Positions 20,626 to 28,918 of a DNA stretch of 32,000 nucleotides are shown piece after piece. The stretch comes from Candidatus Nitrospira inopinata (GTDB lineage: Bacteria; Nitrospirota; Nitrospiria; Nitrospirales; Nitrospiraceae), in the NCBI RefSeq assembly GCF_001458695.1, contig NZ_LN885086.1:1290001-1322000 (forward strand). Reading direction: 5' to 3'. Position 1 is the first letter of the stretch, and each line of letters begins with the position of its first letter. Both the position numbers and the translations under genes were made by a program. The notes under the pieces were generated by a model. The model searched no databases and was not told the DNA's origin. It was given only the letters and a program-made list of their open reading frames with translations.

Positions 20626-21440
20626 GCGAAAGTCAAAACGGATGACAGCGAGAGATCGATGGTGACGGTGGTGCCTTGCCCGTGCGTCGACGCGATACGG
20701 AACGTTCCTCCCAGTTTTCTCGCGCGGGCCTCCATGTTGGTCAGTCCGTAGCCCCGCCGGCAATCGCCGTTCAGCGTGAATCCCCGCCCGTCATCGACGA
20801 TGCTGACGCGGATTTTCGATCCTCGCATGCGGATGGCGACGACGACGTGAGCGGCGTCGGCATGACGGGCGCAGTTGCTGAGGGCCTCCCGCACGATGTT
20901 CAGGATTTCTCTCTGCTCTTCGCTGGTGAGGTTGCCCAGCGCGTCGGGGTCGAGATCCAGCCGAATGGCAAGCCGTCCTCCCTGTTCATAGGTCGCCCGA
21001 AGAGACGTCAGTTCCGCGACGAAGTCGAACTCTTGGATGGTTCCGGCTTCCAGGGATTCGATCATGGCTCGAACGTCCTGGATCAGATGGTTCAATTGCG
21101 ACACGACACGCAGGTGAGATCGGACGGATTCCTGGGAAGGATCGGAATTCGGATGGCGGGATGCCTCGAGGTTTAAGCCGATGGCATACAGCGACTGCAA
21201 GATGCAATCGTGGAGATCCCGTGCGAGGCGGCGACGATCTTCCAGCAGAGTATTGACTCGATGTTCCATCGCTTTGAGCGCGCTGGCAACGTCGTCCTTT
21301 CCGAACGTCTTCACATAAGAGCAGGGAAGGACTTCGCCTCCCTCCGAGGAAAGACCATCTCTCGCGCGGCGGTCATCCGTGTTGGGCCATCTGTCTCGAA
21401 ACCCTTTGAGAACCCCGAACCCTTTCTTGCCTTTCTCCAC
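20622..21440 (-). CDS. Small soluble HisKA_3 histidine kinase without a recognisable sensor domain
   Basis: 272 aa. H-box ARDLHDCILQSLYAIG, N box REALSNCARHA, G1 DDGRGF, G2 GYGLTNM. Only about 70 aa precede the DHp, with no hydrophobic helix. GTG start with AAGGAGG 7 nt upstream. Confidence 0.9.
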   Translation of the reverse strand: MEKGKKGFGVLKGFRDRWPNTDDRRARDGLSSEGGEVLPCSYVKTFGKDDVASALKAMEHRVNTLLEDRRRLARDLHDCILQSLYAIGLNLEASRHPNSDPSQESVRSHLRVVSQLNHLIQDVRAMIESLEAGTIQEFDFVAELTSLRATYEQGGRLAIRLDLDPDALGNLTSEEQREILNIVREALSNCARHADAAHVVVAIRMRGSKIRVSIVDDGRGFTLNGDCRRGYGLTNMEARARKLGGTFRIASTHGQGTTVTIDLSLSSVLTFA

Positions 21441-21567
21441 GGCATATCCTCCTTCATGAAGAAAAATGCGTAAATCGTTGATTTATCGAGATAAGTGAAC
21501 CGATAGCCCCATAGCCGCGCCGCTCTAACGACCAGTCAGCAGAATGTACGCGAAGGCCGTTTCCGCG

Positions 21568-21591
21568 TCACCTGGCGGATTCGCCAGGTGA
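21568..21591. promoter_or_regulatory. lux-box-like perfect inverted repeat TCACCTGGCG-GATT-CGCCAGGTGA
   Basis: 10-nt perfect arms. The 20-nt core ACCTGGCGGATTCGCCAGGT matches the V. fischeri lux box ACCTGTAGGATCGTACAGGT at 14/20 positions, including both ACCTG/CAGGT ends. It lies about 90 nt upstream of the LuxI-family ATG. Confidence 0.6.
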
Positions 21592-21668
21592 TCTCTTTTC
21601 CGCAAGATGGAACCATCGCCCTGTCCACGACATAACCGCCCCGATGGGGCGCAAACAAGGAGGGAGCG

Positions 21669-22439
21669 ATGAGGGAATCAGCGCTGGTAGAGGAAAAGGA
21701 GCTGTCGTTCTACGAAGGGGAATGGTTGGTCAAGACCTTGACCGACGAGGAGGAGCTGCGACAGGCGTACCACTTGCGCCACCGTGTCTTCGCTGAGCGG
21801 TTGAAATGGGTGCCGGAGCGAACCGATCGACTCGAAGAAGACGTGTATGATGCGTGGAGCACGTCGATCGGAGTGTTTTCGCCGGAAGCTCGCTTGTTGG
21901 GGATGGTCCGCATGACGCATGCGCCCGTTCCGTTCATGATCGAGAGCGAGTTCAGCGCGTGTTTGGTGGGCGAGCACCGCGTTCGGAAGACGCCGGATAC
22001 GGCGGAGATCACGAGGCTCGCGGTGGACCCTTCGATAACCGACCGGGGGTTGTCCGGCAGATTGATGAAAACCATCTTCAAGGGAATGTATCAATGGTGT
22101 CTCGCGCACGACGTTCGCTACACGTACATGGTGGTCGAGCACAAGCTCTTGCGGGTTGTGCAGCGGATCGGTTGGCCCTGCCGTCCCATCGGAGAGCCTG
22201 TTGCCATCCCGCCTGCGGAGGTGTTCTCCATAGGAGGATTGCTCGACCTCGACGAATTTCGCGCCCAGGCGTCGATTCTGCGCCCCGCCATGTTGGAGTG
22301 GTTGACCCAGACGGCCCATGCGCCTTCTTCAGCTTCTTATGGGCCTGCAACATCGGAGGAGGGGATCGCGTCGGCAACCGTGCCACTCGGAAGGCCGGCT
22401 GACGTTGAGAGGAGCGAGCAATTGACCGGTATTGCTTAA
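21669..22439 (+). CDS. LuxI-family acyl-homoserine-lactone synthase
   Basis: 256 aa. Signature LRHRVFAERLKWVPERTDRLEEDVYDAW (the R..F.....W...E.D..D block of LuxI), then VRM and EITRLAV (the E..R block). GGAGG lies 5 nt upstream of the ATG. Confidence 0.85.
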   Translation: MRESALVEEKELSFYEGEWLVKTLTDEEELRQAYHLRHRVFAERLKWVPERTDRLEEDVYDAWSTSIGVFSPEARLLGMVRMTHAPVPFMIESEFSACLVGEHRVRKTPDTAEITRLAVDPSITDRGLSGRLMKTIFKGMYQWCLAHDVRYTYMVVEHKLLRVVQRIGWPCRPIGEPVAIPPAEVFSIGGLLDLDEFRAQASILRPAMLEWLTQTAHAPSSASYGPATSEEGIASATVPLGRPADVERSEQLTGIA

Positions 22440-22623
22440 GAGAGGCTACCCAGTCGCCAATCTGAGTCGAAGCGCTGAGGCGACGATCCGTTTCCGGGTT
22501 TGCACAACAGGAGAAGTGCTATGTCTATCAAGACGATGCCCAAGAGCTGTGATAAGTTGCAACGCCGCAAGAGAGTCCCCTCCATGGCAGCAGAACCGAG
22601 AGAGAAGAGAGGGAAGCCGAGCC

Positions 22624-23439
22624 TCAACTGGCCGACGGCAACCCGTGCAGTGTGGGGAGGCCGTGTTCGATGGCGATGGCCACGGCTTGCGAGCGCGACG
22701 TGACTTCAAGCTTGGAGAAGATGCTCTCGATGTGAAATCGGACCGTTCGTTCACTCACCCCGAGAATCTTGCCGATTTCCCAGTTGGTCTTTCCGTTCTT
22801 CATCCAATTCAGGATCGTGACTTCCCGCGACGTGAGCTCCTTGATGCAGCGATCGGTCTTGGGCGCCGCCTTCGGCGCCGCTCTCAGAAGGGCCATGTGG
22901 ATGTGAGAGCCCAGGTACTCCACGAGCGGGATGAACCGATCGGCGTCTATTGATTGCTCGCTGGCGAACGAGCAGAATGTGGCAAATCCGCAGGCTTCGT
23001 CAACGGAGCCGGTGGTGATCCCATCGCGGAGACCGAACTGCTGCGCGGTTTGAAGAAATTCCCGTTCTTTTTCGGAAGAGAGAGGTCGGCTTTGATAGAT
23101 GGCCTGCCAATGTCGAGTGCCCGGTGCTTCCAAGGCCGTCTTGAAAACGGGATCGACCTCGACGAAACCGTTTTTCCAATAGAGGTAAAGCCATTCGTCT
23201 GGGAAATTGGCGTTGACGACGTTGCTAAAACCGGAAAATCCTCCATCCGGTCTCAGACGAACGAGTCCTCCCAACGATTTGGTAAAGGGAAAGTACTGCT
23301 GAATCAGAAGCAAGACCTCCCTCACCTGTTCGGGAGTCATGGCCTGGGTGATGTAATGAACGATCTCCAGAAACTGTTCGCATTCCTGCTTGGAAAGGTT
23401 GCCGAAGATGTTTCGTGGAAAGGGATGCTGGAATGCCAT
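22624..23439 (-). CDS. LuxR-family AHL-responsive transcriptional regulator (autoinducer-binding domain + HTH)
   Basis: 271 aa. W-x3-Y-x8-DP-x13-W spacing (WLYLYWKNGFVEVDPV...RHW) reproduces the TraR W57/Y61/D70/P71/W85 spacing. C-terminal LTSREVTILNWMKNGKTNWEIGKILGVSERTVRFH HTH. GGAGG lies 9 nt upstream of the ATG. Confidence 0.9.
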   Translation of the reverse strand: MAFQHPFPRNIFGNLSKQECEQFLEIVHYITQAMTPEQVREVLLLIQQYFPFTKSLGGLVRLRPDGGFSGFSNVVNANFPDEWLYLYWKNGFVEVDPVFKTALEAPGTRHWQAIYQSRPLSSEKEREFLQTAQQFGLRDGITTGSVDEACGFATFCSFASEQSIDADRFIPLVEYLGSHIHMALLRAAPKAAPKTDRCIKELTSREVTILNWMKNGKTNWEIGKILGVSERTVRFHIESIFSKLEVTSRSQAVAIAIEHGLPTLHGLPSAS

Positions 23440-23661
23440 ACGATATAACCTCCGGCCGGAGAAGAAGTACGGATACCATAGTTCGTATGGAGGACCAAAT
23501 CAAGATGGCGATGGGTTAAATATGTGTAGGGCCAAACGGCCCTATATCCAAAAGGTTATTTGTTCCTGGTAGCTATACGTATGTCAAGGGGGCCTGTGGC
23601 ATGGGCGCAACCGCGATGCGTGAAGATAATGGGCGTTGAGCCGAGAGAGGGGACAATTCGT

Positions 23662-25035
23662 ATGTTTCTGCACGGCACCGTTGGAGTCATTGTCGTGCTG
23701 ACATTCTGGATCCTCCCGTTGCAAACGGAATGGGCCAACGCGCAGGCCATTCGATTTCAGCCGCAGGGAGCGCGAGCCGCCGGTCAGGGCAACGCGTTCG
23801 CGGCGGCGGTCGATGACGCCTCGGCCGTTCACTATAACCCGGCGGGATTGAGCGGGGCGAAAGGGCTGCAAAGCGTCGTGGGAACCAATATGGTCGGGGG
23901 ATCCGTTGCATTTCATAGTCCCGCCGGCCGCGAGATCCACGGCGACTTCAACGGCAGCGTCAACTGGCCGCCGCCGAGTTTCTTTTACCTCAGCGCCAAC
24001 TTGGGGACGCTGGGCCTGTCACGTCTCTCGGCGGTCACCCTCGGCGTCGGCGTGACGTCACCCTATGGGTTAAATATACGGTATCCGATCGATGGTCCGT
24101 TTCGAACCATCGTGACCTCCGCCGCGCTTCCCTTAATCGACATCAAACCCACCGTGGCCTATCGAATCAGCGACAGTTTATCGGTCGGGGTGGGAGCCGA
24201 CATTTATACGTTCGCCGACTTTCTCGGCGAGGGCCATGCGGAGACGAAATTGATCAGCGATTTCACGTTCGGCATTCCACCCGGCGCGTCCATTGAATTT
24301 AACGGGAAGGGAACCGGAGCGGGAGTGACGGCGGGTCTTCAATATGCTCCGCTGAAAAACGCGACGGGGCTTCCCATCATGGCCTTCGGCCTCGTGTATC
24401 GAAGTCGAGCGGTCGTGCCGTTGAACGGTTCCATCCTGGCCAACGGGATGAAGGTCATCGATGCCTCCACGGATTTGGTGCTCCCCCACGTCGTAACCGG
24501 CGCCATCGCCTATTGGCCGATCCGCACGAGCGAAAAAGAGTGGAAGATCGAGCTCGACGTGGAATACGTGGAGTGGAGCGCCAACAGAGACCTCGACATC
24601 CGACTTCAGAACGGAATGATCGTTCGCCAGCCGCTGGACTGGAACGATGTTCCGGTAATCGCGGTGGGGACCGAGTATCGATGGTTGAACCCGACCTGGT
24701 TGCGGCACTGGGAGGTGGCCGCCCGTACGGGGTATACCTACACGGGAGATCCCGTTCCCAACCGGACCTTCAACCCCTCGCTGTTGTCCTTCCCGGCGCA
24801 CACGTTCTCCCTCGGCGCCGGGTTTCTTTGCAAGGGCGCGGGGCGATTGTTGGGATTGATTCCTTGCAGCGGAGAGTCGTCTTTATGGCCCAAGGGAATC
24901 GGAATCGATCTCGCGTTCCAAGAATGGTTTTACGAATCGCGCACGGTCGCCGGCAACCTCATCAGCCCGACGATCAACGGCACCTATCGAGCCTCCGTGC
25001 ATCTCGGATCGGTTGGCCTGCACGTGCTCTATTGA
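23662..25035 (+). CDS. FadL/TodX/OMPP1-family outer-membrane hydrophobic-compound channel
   Basis: Signal peptide MFLHGTVGVIVVLTFWILPLQTEWANA|QA. N-terminal hatch motif GARAAGQGNAFAAAVDDASAVHYNPAGL. Beta-rich sequence ending in an aromatic residue (LHVLY). Start set at ATG 23662 (purine-rich GAGAGAGGGG upstream) rather than the ORF-track start 23560. Confidence 0.85.
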   Translation: MFLHGTVGVIVVLTFWILPLQTEWANAQAIRFQPQGARAAGQGNAFAAAVDDASAVHYNPAGLSGAKGLQSVVGTNMVGGSVAFHSPAGREIHGDFNGSVNWPPPSFFYLSANLGTLGLSRLSAVTLGVGVTSPYGLNIRYPIDGPFRTIVTSAALPLIDIKPTVAYRISDSLSVGVGADIYTFADFLGEGHAETKLISDFTFGIPPGASIEFNGKGTGAGVTAGLQYAPLKNATGLPIMAFGLVYRSRAVVPLNGSILANGMKVIDASTDLVLPHVVTGAIAYWPIRTSEKEWKIELDVEYVEWSANRDLDIRLQNGMIVRQPLDWNDVPVIAVGTEYRWLNPTWLRHWEVAARTGYTYTGDPVPNRTFNPSLLSFPAHTFSLGAGFLCKGAGRLLGLIPCSGESSLWPKGIGIDLAFQEWFYESRTVAGNLISPTINGTYRASVHLGSVGLHVLY

Positions 25036-25065
25036 GGGATCAATAGTCGTCCGTGAGCGGAAACC

Positions 25066-26913
25066 TCACGAAACGTCCCGGTCTTTTTCGCCGAGTGTCC
25101 GCCGAAGATCGGCGATAGTCCGAGGACCGAGGCCTGCCTCGCGAAGAGACTCGTCGCCGGCGGAAGCCACCTTGTCCAGGCTGCCGAATCGGGTGAGCAA
25201 TTGATTGCGTCGAACTTCGCCGATCCCGATGACGTGATCGATCCCGGACGTCGTCAACGATCGCCCACGCAGGCGACGGTGGTAAGTGAGCGCGAAGCGA
25301 TGAGCTTCGTCTCGAATCTGTTGGAGCAGATGAGTCGCGGGTGAGGTCGGGGAAAGGGTGATCGGGTTTTTTCTGCCGGCCAAGAACACGCGTTCCTCTT
25401 TGCCGCCTCGGGCCTTCGCCAAGCCAAGGGCCGGGACGTTCGGGCATCCGACCTCCTTGAGGCCTTCAAGAGCCGACGACAATTGCCCCAGCCCGCCGTC
25501 GATGAGGATCAGGTCCGGTTTGGAGAGGCCTTCGGTCATGGTGCTTGGTTCGCCTTCGGGCGCGCCATACCGTCGAATCACCGCCTCTTTCATGCTGGCA
25601 AAGTCATTGGCGCCGCTGACGGTCTTGATCTTAAAGCGCCGGTAGTCGGCCTTCTTCATTCGGCCGTCTTCCCAGACGACCATGGAGGCGACCGAGAGAT
25701 CGCCCATGGTGTTGGAGATGTCAAAGCCTTCGATCCGTCGAGGAGGCTGATCCAGTCTGAGCAGCCGTTGAAGCTCCGCGCCAGCCTGCCGGTCTCGCTC
25801 TTCTTCCCGCAGGTGGTCGGCGACGGCCGCCGCCGCGTTTTCCTCGGCCAGGAGAATCAATTGGTGCTTGGCGCCTCGTTCCGGAGCGACCACGCGAACC
25901 GGTTCCCCCCGCTTGTCGGAAAGCCACTGCTCAATCAACGTTGCGTCTTCCAGGGCGGTAGGGGTCAGAACTTCCCTGGGCGGTTGCCCGTCTTTGTTAT
26001 AAAACTGCTCGATGGCCGATCGAACCAGTTCCTCATCCGTGGCATCAGCCGACTGCGGCCAAAAGAAATCTTTGCGCCCGATCAACAAGCCTCCGCGGAC
26101 GAACAGAATCTGCAAGTCCACGGCGTCGCCTTGCCTCGCCAGACCGATGACGTCTTGATCCACGGCCGAGACCTGCGTCACCCGCTGCTTTTCCAACATC
26201 CGTTCCACTTTGAAGAGACGGTCGCGCAATCGAGCCGCCTCCTCGAACTCCTCGCGCTCGGCCGCCCGTTCCATTTTCTCGCGCAGTTCGTCCAGCAATT
26301 CGCGATCGCGACCTTCCAGGAATTGACGGACCTGCCTCACGATCTGGTGATACTCGTCCTTCGTCTGGTTGCCGGTACACGGCGCCATGCACCGTTTGAT
26401 TTCGAACTCGATGCAGGCCCGTTCCGCCGTTCCGTCGATGTCGATCGAGCAGGTCGCCAGCGGGAACACGTGCTTGATGACTTTCAACGTCTCCCGCAAG
26501 GCGTTGGTCGGCGTATAGGGGCCGTAGTAGAGGGCTCCGTCTCGCTGGACGCGGCGCACGATGGACAGTCGCGGGAAGTCGTCTTTGATCGGCAGCCGGA
26601 GGTAAGGGTATTGTTTGTCGTCGCGAAGGACGATGTTGAATCGCGGCTTGTGGCGTTTGACCAGGTTGCTTTCGAGGATCAGAGCTTCCAATTCCGAACG
26701 GGTGACCATCGTTTCCACGTCGGCGATCTGGCTCACGAGCAAGGCCGTTTTGGGACTGTGATCGGCGCCGCGCTGAAAGTAGGATCGCACCCGACCGGCC
26801 AGGACGGCGGCCTTGCCAATGTAGATGATGGTTCCCTGGGCGTTTTTGAACAGATACACTCCCGGCCGTTCGGGGAGGTGAGCGAGTTTGGAATGGAGCT
26901 CATCGCGCGTCAT
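25066..26913 (-). CDS. uvrC: Excinuclease ABC subunit C (UvrC)
   Basis: 615 aa. N-terminal GIY-YIG (PGVYLFKNAQGTIIYIGKA...YF), UVR domain, RNase H-like endonuclease domain and C-terminal (HhH)2. Confidence 0.97.
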   Translation of the reverse strand: MTRDELHSKLAHLPERPGVYLFKNAQGTIIYIGKAAVLAGRVRSYFQRGADHSPKTALLVSQIADVETMVTRSELEALILESNLVKRHKPRFNIVLRDDKQYPYLRLPIKDDFPRLSIVRRVQRDGALYYGPYTPTNALRETLKVIKHVFPLATCSIDIDGTAERACIEFEIKRCMAPCTGNQTKDEYHQIVRQVRQFLEGRDRELLDELREKMERAAEREEFEEAARLRDRLFKVERMLEKQRVTQVSAVDQDVIGLARQGDAVDLQILFVRGGLLIGRKDFFWPQSADATDEELVRSAIEQFYNKDGQPPREVLTPTALEDATLIEQWLSDKRGEPVRVVAPERGAKHQLILLAEENAAAAVADHLREEERDRQAGAELQRLLRLDQPPRRIEGFDISNTMGDLSVASMVVWEDGRMKKADYRRFKIKTVSGANDFASMKEAVIRRYGAPEGEPSTMTEGLSKPDLILIDGGLGQLSSALEGLKEVGCPNVPALGLAKARGGKEERVFLAGRKNPITLSPTSPATHLLQQIRDEAHRFALTYHRRLRGRSLTTSGIDHVIGIGEVRRNQLLTRFGSLDKVASAGDESLREAGLGPRTIADLRRTLGEKDRDVS

Positions 26914-27016
26914 ACGTCACACGGCCGTTGCACACAGCATACCAGGGCCAGCGCTTGTCTTTCCTCTGGCTGGTTGTCCGGTTGATCCGACGGCGCCGAC
27001 GGCGGCTGCGTCGGCA

Positions 27017-27886
27017 TTATCGCAACGTTCGGACAAATGAGGGGCTGAGGGAGCCCCGCGCGACTTCGGCCACCGGTCCCTTCATGGTGAGGCTGAAGTC
27101 GGGGGCGACGTCGATGCGCAGGGTTCCGCCCGGCATCTTCACCGTGACGGGGCTTTCGACCAGTCCCAGCCGCACGGCTGCGCTGGCCGCGGCACAGGAC
27201 GAAGAACCGGAGGCCTGGGTTTCTCCGGCCCCTCGCTCCCAGATCAGAATGAAGATTTCCTTGCGACCGGTCGGGACGGCCAACTGCACGTTCGTTCGTT
27301 TGGGAAACAACGGATGGGTTTCCAAGGCCGGCCCCAACTCCAACAGATCCTCGCGCGACCAGGACTTCCCGGAAGGCTTGAACACCACGCAATGGGGGTT
27401 CCCCACGCTCACGCCGGTGAAGATCAAGGTGCGACCCGCGACGTTGATCGGCCGTTGAATCAATTCCGGGACGTCGAGAGCGCAGGGAAGAGCCGCCGGC
27501 GCGAAGACGGCCCGCCCCATTTCGACCGTGGCTTCATGGGCGTCGCCATGACGGTCGATGTGGAGCGCGATCGACACGAGTCCTCCTTTGGTTTCGACCG
27601 TGAACCGCCGCTTTTTCGTCTTGCCGGTCGCGTGGAGGTAGCGGGCGAAAATGCGAAGGCCGTTGCCCGATTTTTCGGCCTCGCTGCCGTCCGGGTTGAA
27701 AATCCGCAGGCCGAAGTCGGCTTTCTTTGAGGGAGTCAACGCGAGAATGCCGTCGCTGCCCAGCCCCCAATGCCGGTCGCAGATACGTTGAACGTTCTTG
27801 GGTGTGAGCTTAAATGTCAACTCCTGGGGGTCCATGACGAGATAATCGTTGCCCAGGCCATGTCCGCGAAAGAACCCGTTTTTCAT
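27017..27886 (-). CDS. dapF: Diaminopimelate epimerase
   Basis: 289 aa. GLGNDYLV, SGNGLRIFARYL, GNPHCVVF and the second catalytic Cys context (TQASGSSSCAAA). AAGGAG lies 7 nt upstream of the ATG. Confidence 0.93.
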   Translation of the reverse strand: MKNGFFRGHGLGNDYLVMDPQELTFKLTPKNVQRICDRHWGLGSDGILALTPSKKADFGLRIFNPDGSEAEKSGNGLRIFARYLHATGKTKKRRFTVETKGGLVSIALHIDRHGDAHEATVEMGRAVFAPAALPCALDVPELIQRPINVAGRTLIFTGVSVGNPHCVVFKPSGKSWSREDLLELGPALETHPLFPKRTNVQLAVPTGRKEIFILIWERGAGETQASGSSSCAAASAAVRLGLVESPVTVKMPGGTLRIDVAPDFSLTMKGPVAEVARGSLSPSFVRTLR

Positions 27887-27920
27887 CCGTCAACTCCTTG
27901 TCACGTGATCATGCGGCTCG

Positions 27921-28319
27921 TCAGACGATCTTCACGCCGGCCGGGCGCTCGATCAACTCGATTTCGTAGCCGTCCGGAGCGTCAATGAAGATGAAACGGC
28001 TGCCGGAAGAGGTTTGAGTGGGGCCGTCCGTGATCGGAATGCCTTTCTCGGTCAGCGACGCGACGGCTTGGTCGAGGCTCTCTACCTGAAACGCGAGATG
28101 GACGAGATCTTCCTGCACCCGGACAGGCCCGCTTGGGGGGAAGCAGGTCAGTTCGATCAGTTCTTCGCTGTTGGGAACTTTCAGGAAGGCGAGCTGCGAT
28201 CCGCGCGGCGAGGTCTTGCGCTCGACGACCTCCACGCCGAGCACGTCGGTGTAAAACGCGATCGTGGCGTCAAGGTCGCTGACGCGCATCCGCGTATGGA
28301 GCAGTTTCGTCACCTTCAT
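27921..28319 (-). CDS. VOC-family protein (glyoxalase I / lactoylglutathione lyase-like)
   Basis: 132 aa. LHTRMRVSDLDATIAFYTDVLG N-terminus and HLAF...DPDGYEIELIE C-terminus, typical of the glyoxalase/bleomycin-resistance fold. Confidence 0.85.
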   Translation of the reverse strand: MKVTKLLHTRMRVSDLDATIAFYTDVLGVEVVERKTSPRGSQLAFLKVPNSEELIELTCFPPSGPVRVQEDLVHLAFQVESLDQAVASLTEKGIPITDGPTQTSSGSRFIFIDAPDGYEIELIERPAGVKIV

Positions 28320-28441
28320 GCGACCACTTATAGCAGATGGCGTAGGGCCGGTGGCAAGTCCGACATGAAGCGAAAGGAGGTCTCAGGCTGGGTCGCCGTC
28401 CGGAGTGGCGGGCCGAGGCGGCGGGCCAGGGTGGCGGCTGG

Positions 28442-28918
28442 TTATCGGCCGTCTCTGGCCGGTCCTGCGGTCTTCCGCAAGAGAAACTCCGAAGAGCCGG
28501 GAATCAAAAAATCCGGCATCGGGCCGATCTCTTGATAGCCCAGCTTTCGATAGAAGGCCCTGGCCCGCCCATTGAAGTCCGACACGCAGGCGAACAGGTT
28601 GTTGGTCCGGGCGAACACGGCCTGTTCCACGTGCTCGATCAGCATGCGTCCGACCCCGTTCCGGCGCGTCCATGGCGCGACGGCCAACAGTTCCAAATAA
28701 TCGCCGGCCAGGAAATTCCGCCGGACGACCGCGACCCCGGCGACCTGTCCGTCGATCTCGGCCACGTAGCCGTCTCGCTCCCGAGGAAGGGGGCAAAAGA
28801 TACGATCCCAATCGGCCGCCGTATAGCCGAGCGTTCGCCAAGGATCCGATTCGTCCAGCATGCGAACAACGGCCGATCGATCGTCGGGACGCATGGGTCT
28901 GACAAGAATGGTTTTCAT
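28442..28918 (-). CDS. GNAT-family N-acetyltransferase
   Basis: Acetyl-CoA motif A-like RRNGVGRMLIEHVEQ. Start taken at MKTILVRPM (ATG 28918), giving an ATGA overlap with the upstream deacetylase stop. Confidence 0.85.
   Translation of the reverse strand: MKTILVRPMRPDDRSAVVRMLDESDPWRTLGYTAADWDRIFCPLPRERDGYVAEIDGQVAGVAVVRRNFLAGDYLELLAVAPWTRRNGVGRMLIEHVEQAVFARTNNLFACVSDFNGRARAFYRKLGYQEIGPMPDFLIPGSSEFLLRKTAGPARDGR

Noticed and set aside
20626-20763. 46-codon extension of the response-regulator ORF (ORF-track start 20763).
   Set aside because: It overlaps the kinase C-terminus. The ATG at 20625 gives the canonical MKRPLIRIVLIDDH receiver N-terminus and an ATGA coupling with the kinase stop.
22453-22484. 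GTCGCC...GGCGAC inverted repeat downstream of luxI, considered as a terminator.
   Set aside because: The arms are 6 nt with a 20-nt unstructured loop and there is no clean U-tract. The energetics are likely poor.
22432-22953. 173-aa plus-strand ORF overlapping the luxR gene.
   Set aside because: It is antisense to a gene with complete LuxR motifs, has no motif of its own, and has typical shadow-ORF composition.
23560-23661. 34-codon extension of the FadL-family ORF.
   Set aside because: The extension has no signal-peptide character. The ATG at 23662 yields a textbook signal peptide with an ANA|QA cleavage site and has a purine-rich SD-like stretch upstream.
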